Source: Basidiobolus meristosporus CBS 931.73
Taxonomy: Eukaryota > Fungi > Basidiobolomycota
NCBI GenBank assembly: GCA_002104905.1
Contig: MCFE01000418.1
Coordinates: 1 to 64,000, forward strand
DNA: 64,000 bases
Direction of reading: 5' to 3'
Part shown: piece after piece, positions 49,170-60,376 of the stretch
Layout: the number at the start of each line of letters is the position of its first letter
Numbering within the stretch: position 1 is the stretch's first letter
Notes under the pieces: model-generated
Database searches by the model: none
The model's input: the letters and a program-made list of their open reading frames with translations, nothing else
Told to the model about the DNA's origin: nothing
Position numbers and translations under genes: made by a program

Positions 49170-50624
49170 CTAACTGGATGCCTCTTTGGCCTGACGCTTC
49201 GCATTATAACGCGCGTTCAGTATATCAAATGGCTCTTGACGCTGTCTCTGAATCATGGGGATGTACTTATTTAAGCGCAGCTCGCGGCCTCCTCCCAATA
49301 TGACATTGGTCCCAGTGGCTTTGACCTTGCCGGAGCCTAGATGCTCGCTCCACGTACACGGTGTTTGATCGGCAGGTTTGACCAGCAGGGAGCCAAGCTC
49401 TTTATACATGGTTGAGAACATCAGCGTTTGGGTGGTATGGGTATACCACTGCTCGACGATATGTTTGTGAAGGCGAGACAGACCCAGCATGTCTTTGTTG
49501 CTGCTAAATTGCCAGTCCAGTCCGTCAAACTGACAATCATACAACACCAAGGGGATGTCGCTAGCCATTTCGTAGTTTGGCTTTGAGGGTAGCGTATCAA
49601 CGTCTAACATCTGTTGAACAATGGAGGGTTGCTCCAGCCCTTGGCCAACGTTGAATAGCACTGCCATCATACAACGCACCTGATGCCAAAGGAACGCTGT
49701 CCCGGTCAGATTCAACTCGTAGAGCTCCAGTTCGGGTGAGGAAAAGTTCATCCCTTCCACTCGCTTTATATCAGCCTCGAGGACGGTCCTTTCATAATTG
49801 ACGATTTGCTTGGCAGGATCGATCTTGCAGAAGTTTCGGAAGTCATGGGAGCCAAGGAACATTTTGGCCCCTTCCCTCATTTTCTCAACGTCAAGCCCTC
49901 CCTTAGCAAAAAAGTACTTGTATTTTCTGGAACGACAATCGAACCGAGCGTTAAAGGAATCTTCGGCGGGTGACCAGGCAACGACTCGCACATCGCTTGG
50001 AAGTTGCTTGTTGATCAAATCTACATACGCTATTTCGTCTATTTCGGTTCGTCTATCTCTACTCTCATCTTGTGGAATGTTGGACCTAACATCGAGTGCT
50101 ATCACCTGACCCAGGCCACTTACGCCTTTGTCGGTTCGTCCGCAGCGAGAGTAGTTACAGGTTGCGGGATCGGCAATAAGCCTGGCCGCTAGCAGCGCAC
50201 GGAACAATTGGTCCTCGACAGTTTCAACTGTCCCTTTTTCTCCCTGACTAGCAAAGCCATAATAATTCCAGCCAAAATAGGCCACCTTTAGGGCAATGTG
50301 ACGCTTGGGATACTTAGTGATGTCGAAAGGACGCTGTTCCTTTTTCACCTTCTTACTTTTCGGCCGAGGGGAGTTTTCGGAGGAGGGGAGTTCATGTTTA
50401 CGCGACTTTGCCGGTGCTTCAACCGAAGAATCGACCTTGGTCTTGGGGGTCGCTGAATGCTCCCGTTGCTCGTATTCCAAAAGTTTCTCTATCAACTTCT
50501 CCTTCGACCAGGAGTCGTACTTTCCAGGGATAGAGGTTGACATACTTCTATACCTTGTTATGGAAGGGAGCAAATGAAGGTTCACGAGGTGGGCCAGTGG
50601 TCTTGACAGTATAAACCTGTGCAT
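49170..50624 (-). CDS. PUS3: tRNA pseudouridine 38/39 synthase (TruA family); alternative start at 50543
   Basis: Motifs RHIALKVAYFGWNYYG, YSRCGRTDKGVSG, GSHDFRNFCK, GTAFLWHQVRCM. Confidence 0.93.
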   Translation of the reverse strand: MHRFILSRPLAHLVNLHLLPSITRYRSMSTSIPGKYDSWSKEKLIEKLLEYEQREHSATPKTKVDSSVEAPAKSRKHELPSSENSPRPKSKKVKKEQRPFDITKYPKRHIALKVAYFGWNYYGFASQGEKGTVETVEDQLFRALLAARLIADPATCNYSRCGRTDKGVSGLGQVIALDVRSNIPQDESRDRRTEIDEIAYVDLINKQLPSDVRVVAWSPAEDSFNARFDCRSRKYKYFFAKGGLDVEKMREGAKMFLGSHDFRNFCKIDPAKQIVNYERTVLEADIKRVEGMNFSSPELELYELNLTGTAFLWHQVRCMMAVLFNVGQGLEQPSIVQQMLDVDTLPSKPNYEMASDIPLVLYDCQFDGLDWQFSSNKDMLGLSRLHKHIVEQWYTHTTQTLMFSTMYKELGSLLVKPADQTPCTWSEHLGSGKVKATGTNVILGGGRELRLNKYIPMIQRQRQEPFDILNARYNAKRQAKEASS

Positions 50625-50730
50625 TGTTCACACAAACCGACGGCCGAAAAAAAAACTGGTGTTGATCACACTGAATTTTTATTAATTTATCAACAATATC
50701 TATATGAAATCTCGGTTCGGCAGCATGGGA

Positions 50731-51529
50731 TTAATCTACAAAATTCAACATTAGCTCAGTGGTGAGTGGGGTGATAGGCGATCGGGGAGCTTACAGCAGC
50801 AAGTGCAGTCGAATGGGCAGTCTTCCGTATCTGCGCAGTCGTGAGTAAGCAATTTTATAAGGCCAAGTGGACATAAGTGACATGATTACCTCCACCGGTA
50901 CCAATGTTGAGCTCGGTAGTGTCGAAAACTGGATATCCCTCCTCAGTGGTTTTTCCTTTTATCCGAAAGCGTTCAATATCAGCGAAGAAACATACAAATC
51001 CATGTATGCACATACTTCCTTGTTTTCCACGACTATCTGAAAATCCATCTTCGTCGTTGATGCGAAGATCTTTCTTGCTCTGCTTTGCCGCCTTCTTGTC
51101 GGGATCAACAAACACCACCTCCTTGGCTTTACTACTCTTCGAGCTGCCCTCTTTTTTCTCTGCCTTTTCCTCGACCTTGGAGGCACTGTTATCGCTTGCT
51201 AGGCTTTTGTTTCCCTTCGCAGCAAAGATATCGTCAATCTCATCAGCTTCATGTGTTGGGCAACAGAACAGTCAACAAAAGTGGCAAACAGCATAACGTA
51301 TAAGCGGTACACCGACCTTTTCGCTTTTTCCCCTCGGCATCGTTTGTAGGCTTACCCTTGGACGCGAAAATGTCGTCTATCTCACTCGTGGCTAGAAAGT
51401 AGTGAAGGCGAAGGGTGAGAAAATCAACTGCGAACGAGTACACTGCATCCCTCTATAACGAGCCATACTAGGGTTTTGCTTTGGTTTTTCCGCCTTCTTC
51501 TCGGGTGCTTTATTTTTCGGCTTCGCCAT
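50731..51529 (-). CDS. DUF1764-like small Lys-rich protein (multi-exon)
   Basis: Motifs SEIDDIFASK, EIDDIFAAK, DGFSDSRG, TEEGYPVF...ELNIG.GG and EDCPFDCTCC. Splice sites are inferred. Confidence 0.75.
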
Positions 51530-51680
51530 AACTAACTAGATCGATCCACAAGGAATCCCATATCGCCAGCCTCCATTATAACCACACTCCCCGATGACCT
51601 GTGTGGAATTTTTTGATCCACCGAAAATTTCCCATTTTCTTTCCAATTGAAAAGCTGGCCAATACATGGTGTTTATGTCT

Positions 51681-51785
51681 GTGGTTCAATACTCTTGAAA
51701 ATGCGTATATTGGTGGTTAAATACTCTTGAAAGCGCTTATATTGGTGGTTAAATACTCTTGACAGCGCTTATATTGGTGGTTAAA
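51681..51785. repeat. 32-bp tandem repeat, ~3.3 copies
   Basis: Unit GTGGTTAAATACTCTTGAAAGCGCTTATATTG at 51681, 51713 and 51745. Confidence 0.9.
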
Positions 51786-51901
51786 CGCTCGTGTTGACCC
51801 AGAGCCGAGGCTAGATCTATATATGGACATGGGGATGAATTAGGGAATTCCATCTTGGGAATATAAACAAAAGGACATGAAAAAGGCTGGAACTATCGTT
51901 T

Positions 51902-52621
51902 CTATATACAAAAGACAGGGTTGAGGGAGCAATCAAAGTCGGAATCGGGTGGAGCCGGGTACTGAGAGGGTTTGGAAGACTGGGGAGACTGGTTGGGAGT
52001 TGCCATGTAGCTTTCGTCAGAATCAGAATTGGTGTCGGAATCAGCATCGGCCTCATTCAAGATATACTCGATGGACATGCGCCTCTTTAGCCTCTCCTCC
52101 TTGTTTTTGAGAGGGAGATAGAGCTCGACGTATATCCAAAGAGTAGTGAGCGTGCTCCAGCGATTTAGGATGGGGAGTGCTAGGGCCGTAGGGAGGGTCG
52201 TCAGAAGGGCCTCAACTAGTGAGAAGGGGAGGATTGAGCGAAACAATGCGACCGACCAGGTGGGGTTCAGTCTGCTGAAAAGCTCCAAGGAGATCCCAAT
52301 CGTGGTGTCGCATACGTCTAGTTGACGCATGTACGACTCAACCAAGGGCAAGACGAACTCGTCGTATGTCTTGTGAGGGGCAGTGCATTGGATCAAGTGC
52401 TCAGCATGGCTTAGCTGGCGCCTGCATAAGGAGCACTCGCCTGATGGGACAGCAAGTGTCCACAGCTTGTCCCAGAATTTCTTCAACGCAAAGCTCTTCA
52501 AGGTGGAAGAATCAACCGGGATCAGGTCGGGGTGGTCAGGCAACAAGAAATCATTGTGGGTCAGGATCTTGAACGAATACTGTATCTCTTCAAAGACGCT
52601 AATTTTGCACATCGTGAACAA
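51902..52621 (-). CDS. Orphan protein (239 aa) with a zf-RVT-like Cys/His motif
   Basis: Intact single ORF with gene-island composition; FWDKLW...CSLC...EHLIQC motif and an acidic, low-complexity tail. Confidence 0.6.
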   Translation of the reverse strand: MFTMCKISVFEEIQYSFKILTHNDFLLPDHPDLIPVDSSTLKSFALKKFWDKLWTLAVPSGECSLCRRQLSHAEHLIQCTAPHKTYDEFVLPLVESYMRQLDVCDTTIGISLELFSRLNPTWSVALFRSILPFSLVEALLTTLPTALALPILNRWSTLTTLWIYVELYLPLKNKEERLKRRMSIEYILNEADADSDTNSDSDESYMATPNQSPQSSKPSQYPAPPDSDFDCSLNPVFCI

Positions 52622-52868
52622 TGAATTTCTCCCTGGCCTCTGCTCACATTTAAATAAGCCATTTCCACGGGTTTGTCCGCAAGCATTGATTTCACCAAGC
52701 TACTCTAGACAGTCAAGTGGTCACCAGGATAAAGCAAGTCATGGAGTTGCATCCAGATCACATTGATTCGGGATCGTTAGGATCATCTTTGCCTCATACA
52801 GCGAAACATTTGATCTGGACTTGGGGTTAGGCCGTTCCTACCCGCCCACTCCACATTTATTTATAAGT

Positions 52869-53670
52869 TTACAAATCAAAATCAGACTCGGCCTCGGTTC
52901 TGGTGGAGATTTCAGAGTCGTACTCCACATCCGAATACCTCCCGCCTACTCGTATTTCGTCGTCATTCATCACCTCCCCAATTCTTGGACCACTCATGAA
53001 CGCGTGTGGTAGAGTAGCTCCCTTCTGGAGGCCTTTGCTCTCACTATGATGCGCATTTGGTGTGTAGTTCAGTTGCACAAGCCTCTGGGCCAACGCAACC
53101 AATTGTGCAAACGCCTCCGTGGATAATGGGGGCGAGTTTGGAAATAGCTGCTGTATCATGAATCGCATTTCTTGATCTGAGCCGCCGGTGTTGACGAATA
53201 GGTCCACTATCTCCCCGGTTAGGATCCGGATTTGCTCCTGGGTCGGAGGCAGTTTTCGGGCCCATATCTCTCGTTTGATTAGTTCGCAGAGTGCGTTGTA
53301 CGTACGATCATGGTCCCCTTCCCTAGGCGTAAAGATAATCCGCTCCATAAGGTCGGCATCGCTTGAGTGGCGCGGTCGCCCAAAGGGGGTCTCTTTACCG
53401 TTAGGTATTGGGTAGGGAGCATTCCGATGCTTCTCCTGCAAAGCAGATACGCTGTGACGCCGTCTCTGTTGTTGCTGCGAACCCGAGTTCGACGATAGGA
53501 ATTCCCGAGGGTGAGCATGCACTGCTCGAGTCCCGAAATCCCTAAAACATCCAACTGATTAAAGTGCAAGAAGCACACTTGGGGTAAATAGAGTAATACT
53601 ACCTAGGATTTATGTGGCCATTTAGTGAGTTGAGTTCGTGCTTTTCTCCTGCTGCATAGATATCTTCCAT
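52869..53670 (-). CDS. Orphan protein, two exons (~246 aa)
   Basis: Exon 1 (53670-53603) splices in frame over a 61-bp GT-AG intron (53542-53602) into the 217-codon ORF. Confidence 0.65.
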
Positions 53671-53956
53671 ACTGTTCTGAAATAAGGGGATAAAATTGTT
53701 CTTGGCCTGGCTGTCTGTTCGTTGTATTGAGGGCACAAGAATAGCCTGTCACATGGTTAACTGAAACGCCACCAATGCAGACTTTCCCATTAACCGACTA
53801 ATTTGGATTAATCGACTCGGGATGGTGACATGGCAAAAAGCGATCACTGGTCGAATATCTGTCCAGCACATGTAGACATCCATCCAAGTCATACATACAT
53901 ACACAAACACATTCACAATAACAACGTTTGGCTAGCATTCAATGGCAGTGTAGGCA

Positions 53957-54044
53957 AGCAACTTCCAACTAGCATTCAACAACAGGAGCAACTTCCAGCT
54001 AGCTTTCAACAGGAGCAACTTCCAGCTAGCTTTCAACAGGAGCA
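53957..54044. repeat. 27-30-bp tandem repeat x3 just downstream of RPS26
   Basis: Repeated unit AGCAACTTCCAGCTAGCTTTCAACAGG. Confidence 0.88.
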
Positions 54045-54090
54045 TGTATGTGTAGGTGTACATATACGTGTACAATAGCAACAGATTTAT

Positions 54091-54509
54091 TTAAGCAGAT
54101 TTGGCGGGGTTGACCTTCTTGCCATCTTTGTCGAAGCGGAATCTGGGAGGAGGGGTTCTGATTCTGCGACCAACGGCTGAACGGACACGAACAATGTGTT
54201 GGTGAATGGCGCAAGAGACACAGTAATGAAGCTTGACGTAAAGCTTGGGAAGGGCATATTCAGCATAGACGGAGGCCTCCTTCAAATCTCTAACAGCGGC
54301 GGATTCAACCATGTTACGGATGGTGAAGCGCTTGATAGCCTTATCCTTGGGAACGCAACGAGCGCAGTTGACACAACGAACGGGCTTGACGTGGCCACGT
54401 CCACTCTTGTTACGTCCGTGATTTCTTCTTTTGGTAGTCTAGAGGAGTGGGCAAAGTGGTTAGACGACTGGGACGGGGGGCATCCATCCGTTAGTAGTGA
54501 GCTTACCAT
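54091..54509 (-). CDS. RPS26: 40S ribosomal protein S26 (eS26); ATG-only first exon
   Basis: M|[38 protein letters not shown]...YCVSCAIH. Intron 54439-54506. Confidence 0.97.
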
Positions 54510-54711
54510 CCTGTCACCAAGCTTTCGATCGTTGGAAAAGGGGGATTTTCTTGGAGTTGCCGCACAATTTATTATACAATCCCCACGTGGAATGGGCACT
54601 CTCACCGATGAATTAGATTCTCGACCCCTGTATTCCATCGGATGCTAGCCCAATCAGAATCATTTGGAGATCTCAAGGAATGATGTGGTGAACGCTCTCC
54701 AATCTACGCCC

Positions 54712-55095
54712 TTATGCTTGGTGTAGAGTGATCAACCGCAACATCTCCCCTCCAAGCTTGCAGTTGCTGAACTTGATGGTTTCTGGCTTGCAGTAGAGCA
54801 TGCTAGCTCCAATGATCTTCCTCCACATGTCCTGCGAGCAGCCAGAGTTAGGCTCTATCATGGAAAACTGGTTCCAGCCGCCCTGGTTCAGCCCGATATA
54901 GTCGGCGGCTTGGTGCAGTCGTTCCATATCTTCCTTACTACCTGGCAGGCAGGATACATAACATTCCTGGTATCTACCTGTGATAGGTCGGCAACTACCA
55001 CTGAACTCAAAGGTTAAGTTAGCCACACTGATGTAGGCACTCATTAGTAGTATACTAAGTCTAAGCCCAAGCCTAAGCCAGATTCTCTTGTGCAT
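54712..55095 (-). CDS. Small secreted cysteine-containing protein (127 aa, 6 Cys)
   Basis: Basic-then-hydrophobic N-terminus ending SVA, six Cys, TATAAA about 40 bp upstream. Confidence 0.6.
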   Translation of the reverse strand: MHKRIWLRLGLRLSILLMSAYISVANLTFEFSGSCRPITGRYQECYVSCLPGSKEDMERLHQAADYIGLNQGGWNQFSMIEPNSGCSQDMWRKIIGASMLYCKPETIKFSNCKLGGEMLRLITLHQA

Positions 55096-55697
55096 TCTCC
55101 TCGCAACCTGCTCCTCACCGGCCCTCGTCTCATTTATAGTACCGGCAGTTCAAACACAGTCAGGACAATGTTTCCGAGTATCAGACCAGGCATATTGGAT
55201 GTTTGAGCTGATACTGCTAAATTTATGTCGGAGTGTTGTTACAGGTATGTTCACTTGATTATTGCTAAATATAGCGATGTGTTTGGTTCTAAATTGTGAT
55301 TCTGTATATACTCCAAACAAAATATATCACCAGATAACAGTTTAGAATAACTTCCCTATATATTCATAAATAAGCTGGAATAATAATTGCTACTTGCAGC
55401 CACTGAACTCCATTGATATGTTGTGTGGGAGAAAGGTAACAATTTGTTGATTTTGGCATTTGCAGTAACAACATACTTGTCTTCTGTAGCCAGAATTCTT
55501 GGAGCTAAGGAAAATTGTTTCCTTGCTGGTTGATCCATTATTAAAACAAAGCCCATTGTGAATCTGTTCTACTGAACAGTGAATCTACTGATAATTGTTG
55601 TTTAAAGTGTATCCTTTTGTGATATAAATCAACAACTGAGCCATAACAAGCATTGTAAGCCCAAGTTGTTATACATTTTGTAATTACACCTAAGTAT

Positions 55698-56028
55698 TGT
55701 TGTAATAATTTTGGAGATATTCAAAGTGATTGGGAGAACAGGTAGATTATGTGGTTTTCACTTAATAATTCATTAAATGTAAAAGTAGTATTTATACTTT
55801 TACATGCTCTTGGCATTATAACTATGTTAAATAGGCTACAGAAGATCCCAAAAACATGTGTGCAAAGTTTGGGGCTGTTTGGACAACTTTGAGAATTTTT
55901 ATGTTCTGCATATATATTCTAAGTAAATTCCAACAAGGAATTTGATCAATATTCCCTAGGATTGGAAGGTAATGACACAAGTCACCAAGTTAAATGAATA
56001 TTTAGGTGGAATTACAAGTTTTACAATA
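55698..56028 (-). repeat. Diverged copia family B LTR
   Basis: Reverse-complement homologue of 60377-60725; no matching TSD. Confidence 0.85.
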
Positions 56029-57110
56029 AAATGATGTCTAAAATATATGTATGTATTGCTGACATCAAAAGCTAGATTTCTACCAAATTGAATACATCCT
56101 TGATGGTCTTGAAATAATGTAATTTTGTCTTTGGGCACAAGCTCGAATCTCTGAAGACCTTTCTTAGCCACCTTGCTTCTTTTGTAGCTTCACATATGGC
56201 CATATACTCTGCCTCTGTGATGAAAAGTGCTACAGTTAGCTGCTTGAATTTAATGAGATTGCTCATATGCAGCAAAGAATGGTATATCCAACAGTGGATA
56301 TTCTGTCTTCCAAGTTTTGTCCCTAATCTGCACCATGGTATCCCAAATAATCCTTCACAGAGTTGCTATAAGTGCACTTTGAGCAGATATTAGTAGTTCC
56401 TTTAAAGTATCTAAGAACCTGCCTAACTGCTGCAGTATGATCAGAACAATAGTTCTGATTATGTTGGCTGGCAACTCCAACTGATTATGAGATATCTGAG
56501 CATGTGCCTAGTATGGTATACTTCACACCACCAGCAATTGACTGTTAAGAAAAGTTTGGGATGTCAGGTGATAACAAGCTCTCCTGACTTGGTTGAGTTT
56601 TGACCAAGTTAAGGTATGACTTCAACAGGATAGCTGTCAGTTTGCAGCCTTCCATTTGGTGCTTCTTAAGTATACTTGGAGCATACTTGAACTGGCTTAG
56701 GGTGATATTCTAGGTACTCATGTCTATGGAGAACTGTATCCCTAAGTAGTAACTGAGCTCTCCTAGATTGTACATTCTGAACTCCTTACATATGCTGGTT
56801 TAGCCTCTTCCAACGTTTTTTGGTTTATGGAGGATACAATAAGATCATCGGCACACAAAGCTAATAGGAGTAGATTTGCTCTCTCTGACTTAAAATAGAC
56901 ACTATAGTCAGTAGTACTTCTTTGGAAACACAAGGAATCTAACTAGCAATCTATTTTGCAATTCCAAACTCCTGATGATTGATTGAGACCACATAGAGAC
57001 TTCTTGAGCTTGCAAATTAGATGAATATTATCTATGTCTACAAACCCATCAGGCTGGCTTATGTACATGACCTGATCAAGTTCCCCATTCCAAGTTTCTC
57101 AAAATTGACA
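56029..57110 (-). pseudogene. Decayed copia RT/RNase H fragment
   Basis: VALFITEAEYMAICEATKEARWLRK and RHHFI motifs. Confidence 0.8.
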
Positions 57111-57479
57111 ACTCTCAATATCTCTGTTGTTAGCTGATGGGCAGGCAAGCAAACAAAATCTCCAGGAGGAGACTAGGCCAACTAGCATCCATACCAAATT
57201 TGGTAATTAGCTGCCCATTACTTCCATCAAAAATTGCATTTGAAATTTTGAACCAAAAACACCAGCTGAATACCATCAAAATACCATTTTAAAACCAGCA
57301 GAATACCAGCTGAAAATTAGATGAGTTCCAAGTTTGAGATCTCTCATAGAGACAGGGATATCTTGATCCTGTGAAGTGGTAACAAAAGCTACTAAAGCTC
57401 AAAATCAGGAAGCCAAATAAGAGTTTTAGATCTTTTGAGTAAAGGATCCACCCAATCTTAGTTTTTTATGTAACAATGC

Positions 57480-58420
57480 ACTGAGTTGAATGAAATTCCT
57501 CTTGAGAGAAGCAAAAGTTGCGGGGCATTGAGGGCATTGCATATTGTAAGTAATGCTTGTCTACTCAACCTTTATTACAGCAAAAGTTTGGAAACTTGCT
57601 GTCAGGGAAAGGGGTATGGTCCTGTAAGTGACTTTTCCAAAGTGCAAGCAGGTGGTCAGGGGCCATATTTTTGGGTGTTTCTGCTTTCAGTAACATTCTA
57701 GCTAGATCCACAACTAGAGGAGAGTTGGGCAGGATATGCCAACAGGAAGGCTTATGGTAGTGCTGCTGATAAAGCCATTGTTTAACTGTAAGGCTAGTGA
57801 GCTGTTGGGGCTTTGCAAGGAAGGAAGCTCTACAGAGTATTATGCTGAATTGATATATGTATATCCCAAAGTCTCTTTCAGTGAAAGTACATAAGGAGAT
57901 TCAGGCAAATCATGGACTAGGGTCCTAATACACTGATTGAGGAACTTCTCTAAATGATGGAAATCACAAGTTGAGAGAGAAAGGAGTTGGACACCAAGCT
58001 CAAATACTGGATATTGCACTCCTTCAGAAGCAGGGAGATTTTCTGGACTGGGGTAAACGTACTTACAGCAATGAGAAGCCTTTATGAAGCCTGCCTGGCA
58101 ATGGTACTACACTTTGACAAGTGCAACTTTGCCTTGACACCATGATGATGCAGAGGAAAGCCAAGATATAGAGCACTTTACTTAGGCTCAATGAGGGGAC
58201 CTTTGAGCAGTAACTGAGCAGCCTAGTGGGATTATCTTTGGGATGAAAAGGCTAGGATGCATTTCTGACAAGTATGCTCATTGATGGCTGTATCTTATAT
58301 AGGAGAAGCAGTAGATATGCTGATGTCATAAGTACAAAGAGTCAGTAGGCTCTGAGGGATGGCACATACTAGAAGTGGGAAATCATGTAAAAAGATGAAA
58401 AAGAGCAGGGGCCCTAGTAC
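57480..58420 (-). pseudogene. Possible non-LTR (LINE) ORF2 remnant
   Basis: Minus-strand frame with LYLGFPL...TPVQKISLL and downstream LWKSHL...FC...DKHYL. Heavily decayed. Confidence 0.4.
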
Positions 58421-58541
58421 TGTCCATTAAGCCACACCACTGGGCACAAGATAGCACTCAGAGGAGTATTTGGGGTGCAGGATGGAGGTAGCATTATGAG
58501 GGAACAATGAGCACATAAGCAGTGTCACAGCAGGAGAAGAG

Positions 58542-60376
58542 ACCCTATGAAAAATAATTTGGTTCCACAGGTGGATCCAATTTGGATCAGCTGTCAGGAT
58601 CTTGTTTGGAGACCACTATAATACCAACAGCTTGGAATTAGTGAATCTCTTGACAATCTTACAATGTGATCACAACAGTGTTTTGCTAATTTTACTGCCA
58701 AATGAAGTTATTAAACTTGACAGGGTTTAATTGGAGCTGTGACAATAATCATGTTGCATTGTTGCAGTCTCAATGCACTCTACAACCAATTTAAATGGAT
58801 CTAACTGGCCAGGTCATCCAATTTCCTTATATGGCAAAAAACTTGACAGTATTTTGATGGCCTCACAGTGAGTTTCTGATGGCATTATCATAGCTATATG
58901 GCAGCTTACAGCTAGTTCTGTATTTTGCTACTGTGCCAATTTACCAAATGGTATTTCCTTTATCTACCTTTCCTTGTGCAATTCATATATCTCACTGTAG
59001 GATCACCCCTCTTTATTTGCTTACCCACTACTACCTTGGGTGTTCCACATATAGTTGAATCAAAAAAAACTATGGCCTCCTGCTTACTAACCTCTACAAA
59101 TGCACACACCTGCCAAAATTGACATACTTCTATCACCTCAACTTTAAAGCTTTATAGTGTGATACTTGCATAGTTACCATATACCTTGTACTGCCAGTAA
59201 CATTTACATCTTACAAACATATGCTTAGTTGTCACCACTTCTGCAATGAATACCTCCTGAATATCTGCAAAGAACTTCTTGGTATTTAGCCAATATATTC
59301 CTTCTCCCTGCTGGATTCTAGTCACCCTTATAGGTGTGCTCTAGCTTTTGCTTGTGTGAATTCCCTATTGAATGGTGTAGAAGTTAACATGTGACCATGA
59401 AAAATGCGGCATACCTTGATAGAGCTTTCCTAATAGAAATTAGTTGCTTGTGGCACCCAACCCAACTTTGCATTACTTAACTGCTTACCCATGCATTGGG
59501 GCTGCTTAGCTTCTTTATGCCATAGACATAGGTGTCTCTATGTGCACATCTGTTCTCAGTACTTTCCAACTCTTCCTGGCTGTCCTCCATGTGCCAGCTC
59601 ATTACATCCACAATGGACTTGAAGGTAATATTCATGATGAGATTGGGATATGGTAGTACCTGCAACTTGACTCATCTTCCATCTCTCCACGCATCTGCTC
59701 CATAGGAAACTCCCAAAAGGTGAAGCAAGGCCCAATATTCTCCACACACCAAGCAAGACAGAGTAGAGAATGGATACAGTGGTGGCAGAGATCTACATGT
59801 TCAGCTTTATGTTTGTAGTATAGCTGCTCAAATCCTGTTACAACTCCTTGCACAGCAGCTGTAGATGTGTCAAGTAGGCATTGGTGATCTGCTTCTGAAT
59901 AAATATTCCTAAAATGTCCACATTTGACTCCCAATGCTTCCAGTGTACTCTTGGTAGGAGTGGCTTTAGAACACAACTTGAATAAATACACATCCAGTTC
60001 ATCCAATCTTTACATTTGTATTATTGCATATGCATATAAATATTGATTGGAGCCCAAGAGAGGTACTTAGGGTAGTGGATACTCTGTAATATCTTGTCAA
60101 TTCTTTCAAATTTCCCTGGTATCTCAAAGGGCTCATTTAGCTTGAAATGGCCCATGTACTACTTGGTCATCAGTATAGGTATATTGTAGAAAAGCAAACA
60201 CATTGCACTCAGTGGAAAGCTTTTCCTCCAATAGATACCTTCTATCTTACATATCTCTGGTTTCTAATTGATTCCATATTCCAGCCAATGGCTTATAGCT
60301 TGTCAACTTTGCTGCAATTGCATGCTGACTTCTGTACATTCTCTCTGTGGGAAGATGATGTTCTCAGCGTTGGTAT
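58542..60376 (-). mobile_element. Degenerate CACTA/CMC-type transposon, copy C, interrupted by copia B
   Basis: Terminus (A)CCCTATGAAAA at 58542 and CVENIGPCFTFWEFPMEQM. Confidence 0.75.

Noticed and set aside
53830-54078. 82-aa ORF with QQEQLPASF repeats
   Set aside because: It is a translation of the 27-bp minisatellite downstream of RPS26, with no other coding support.
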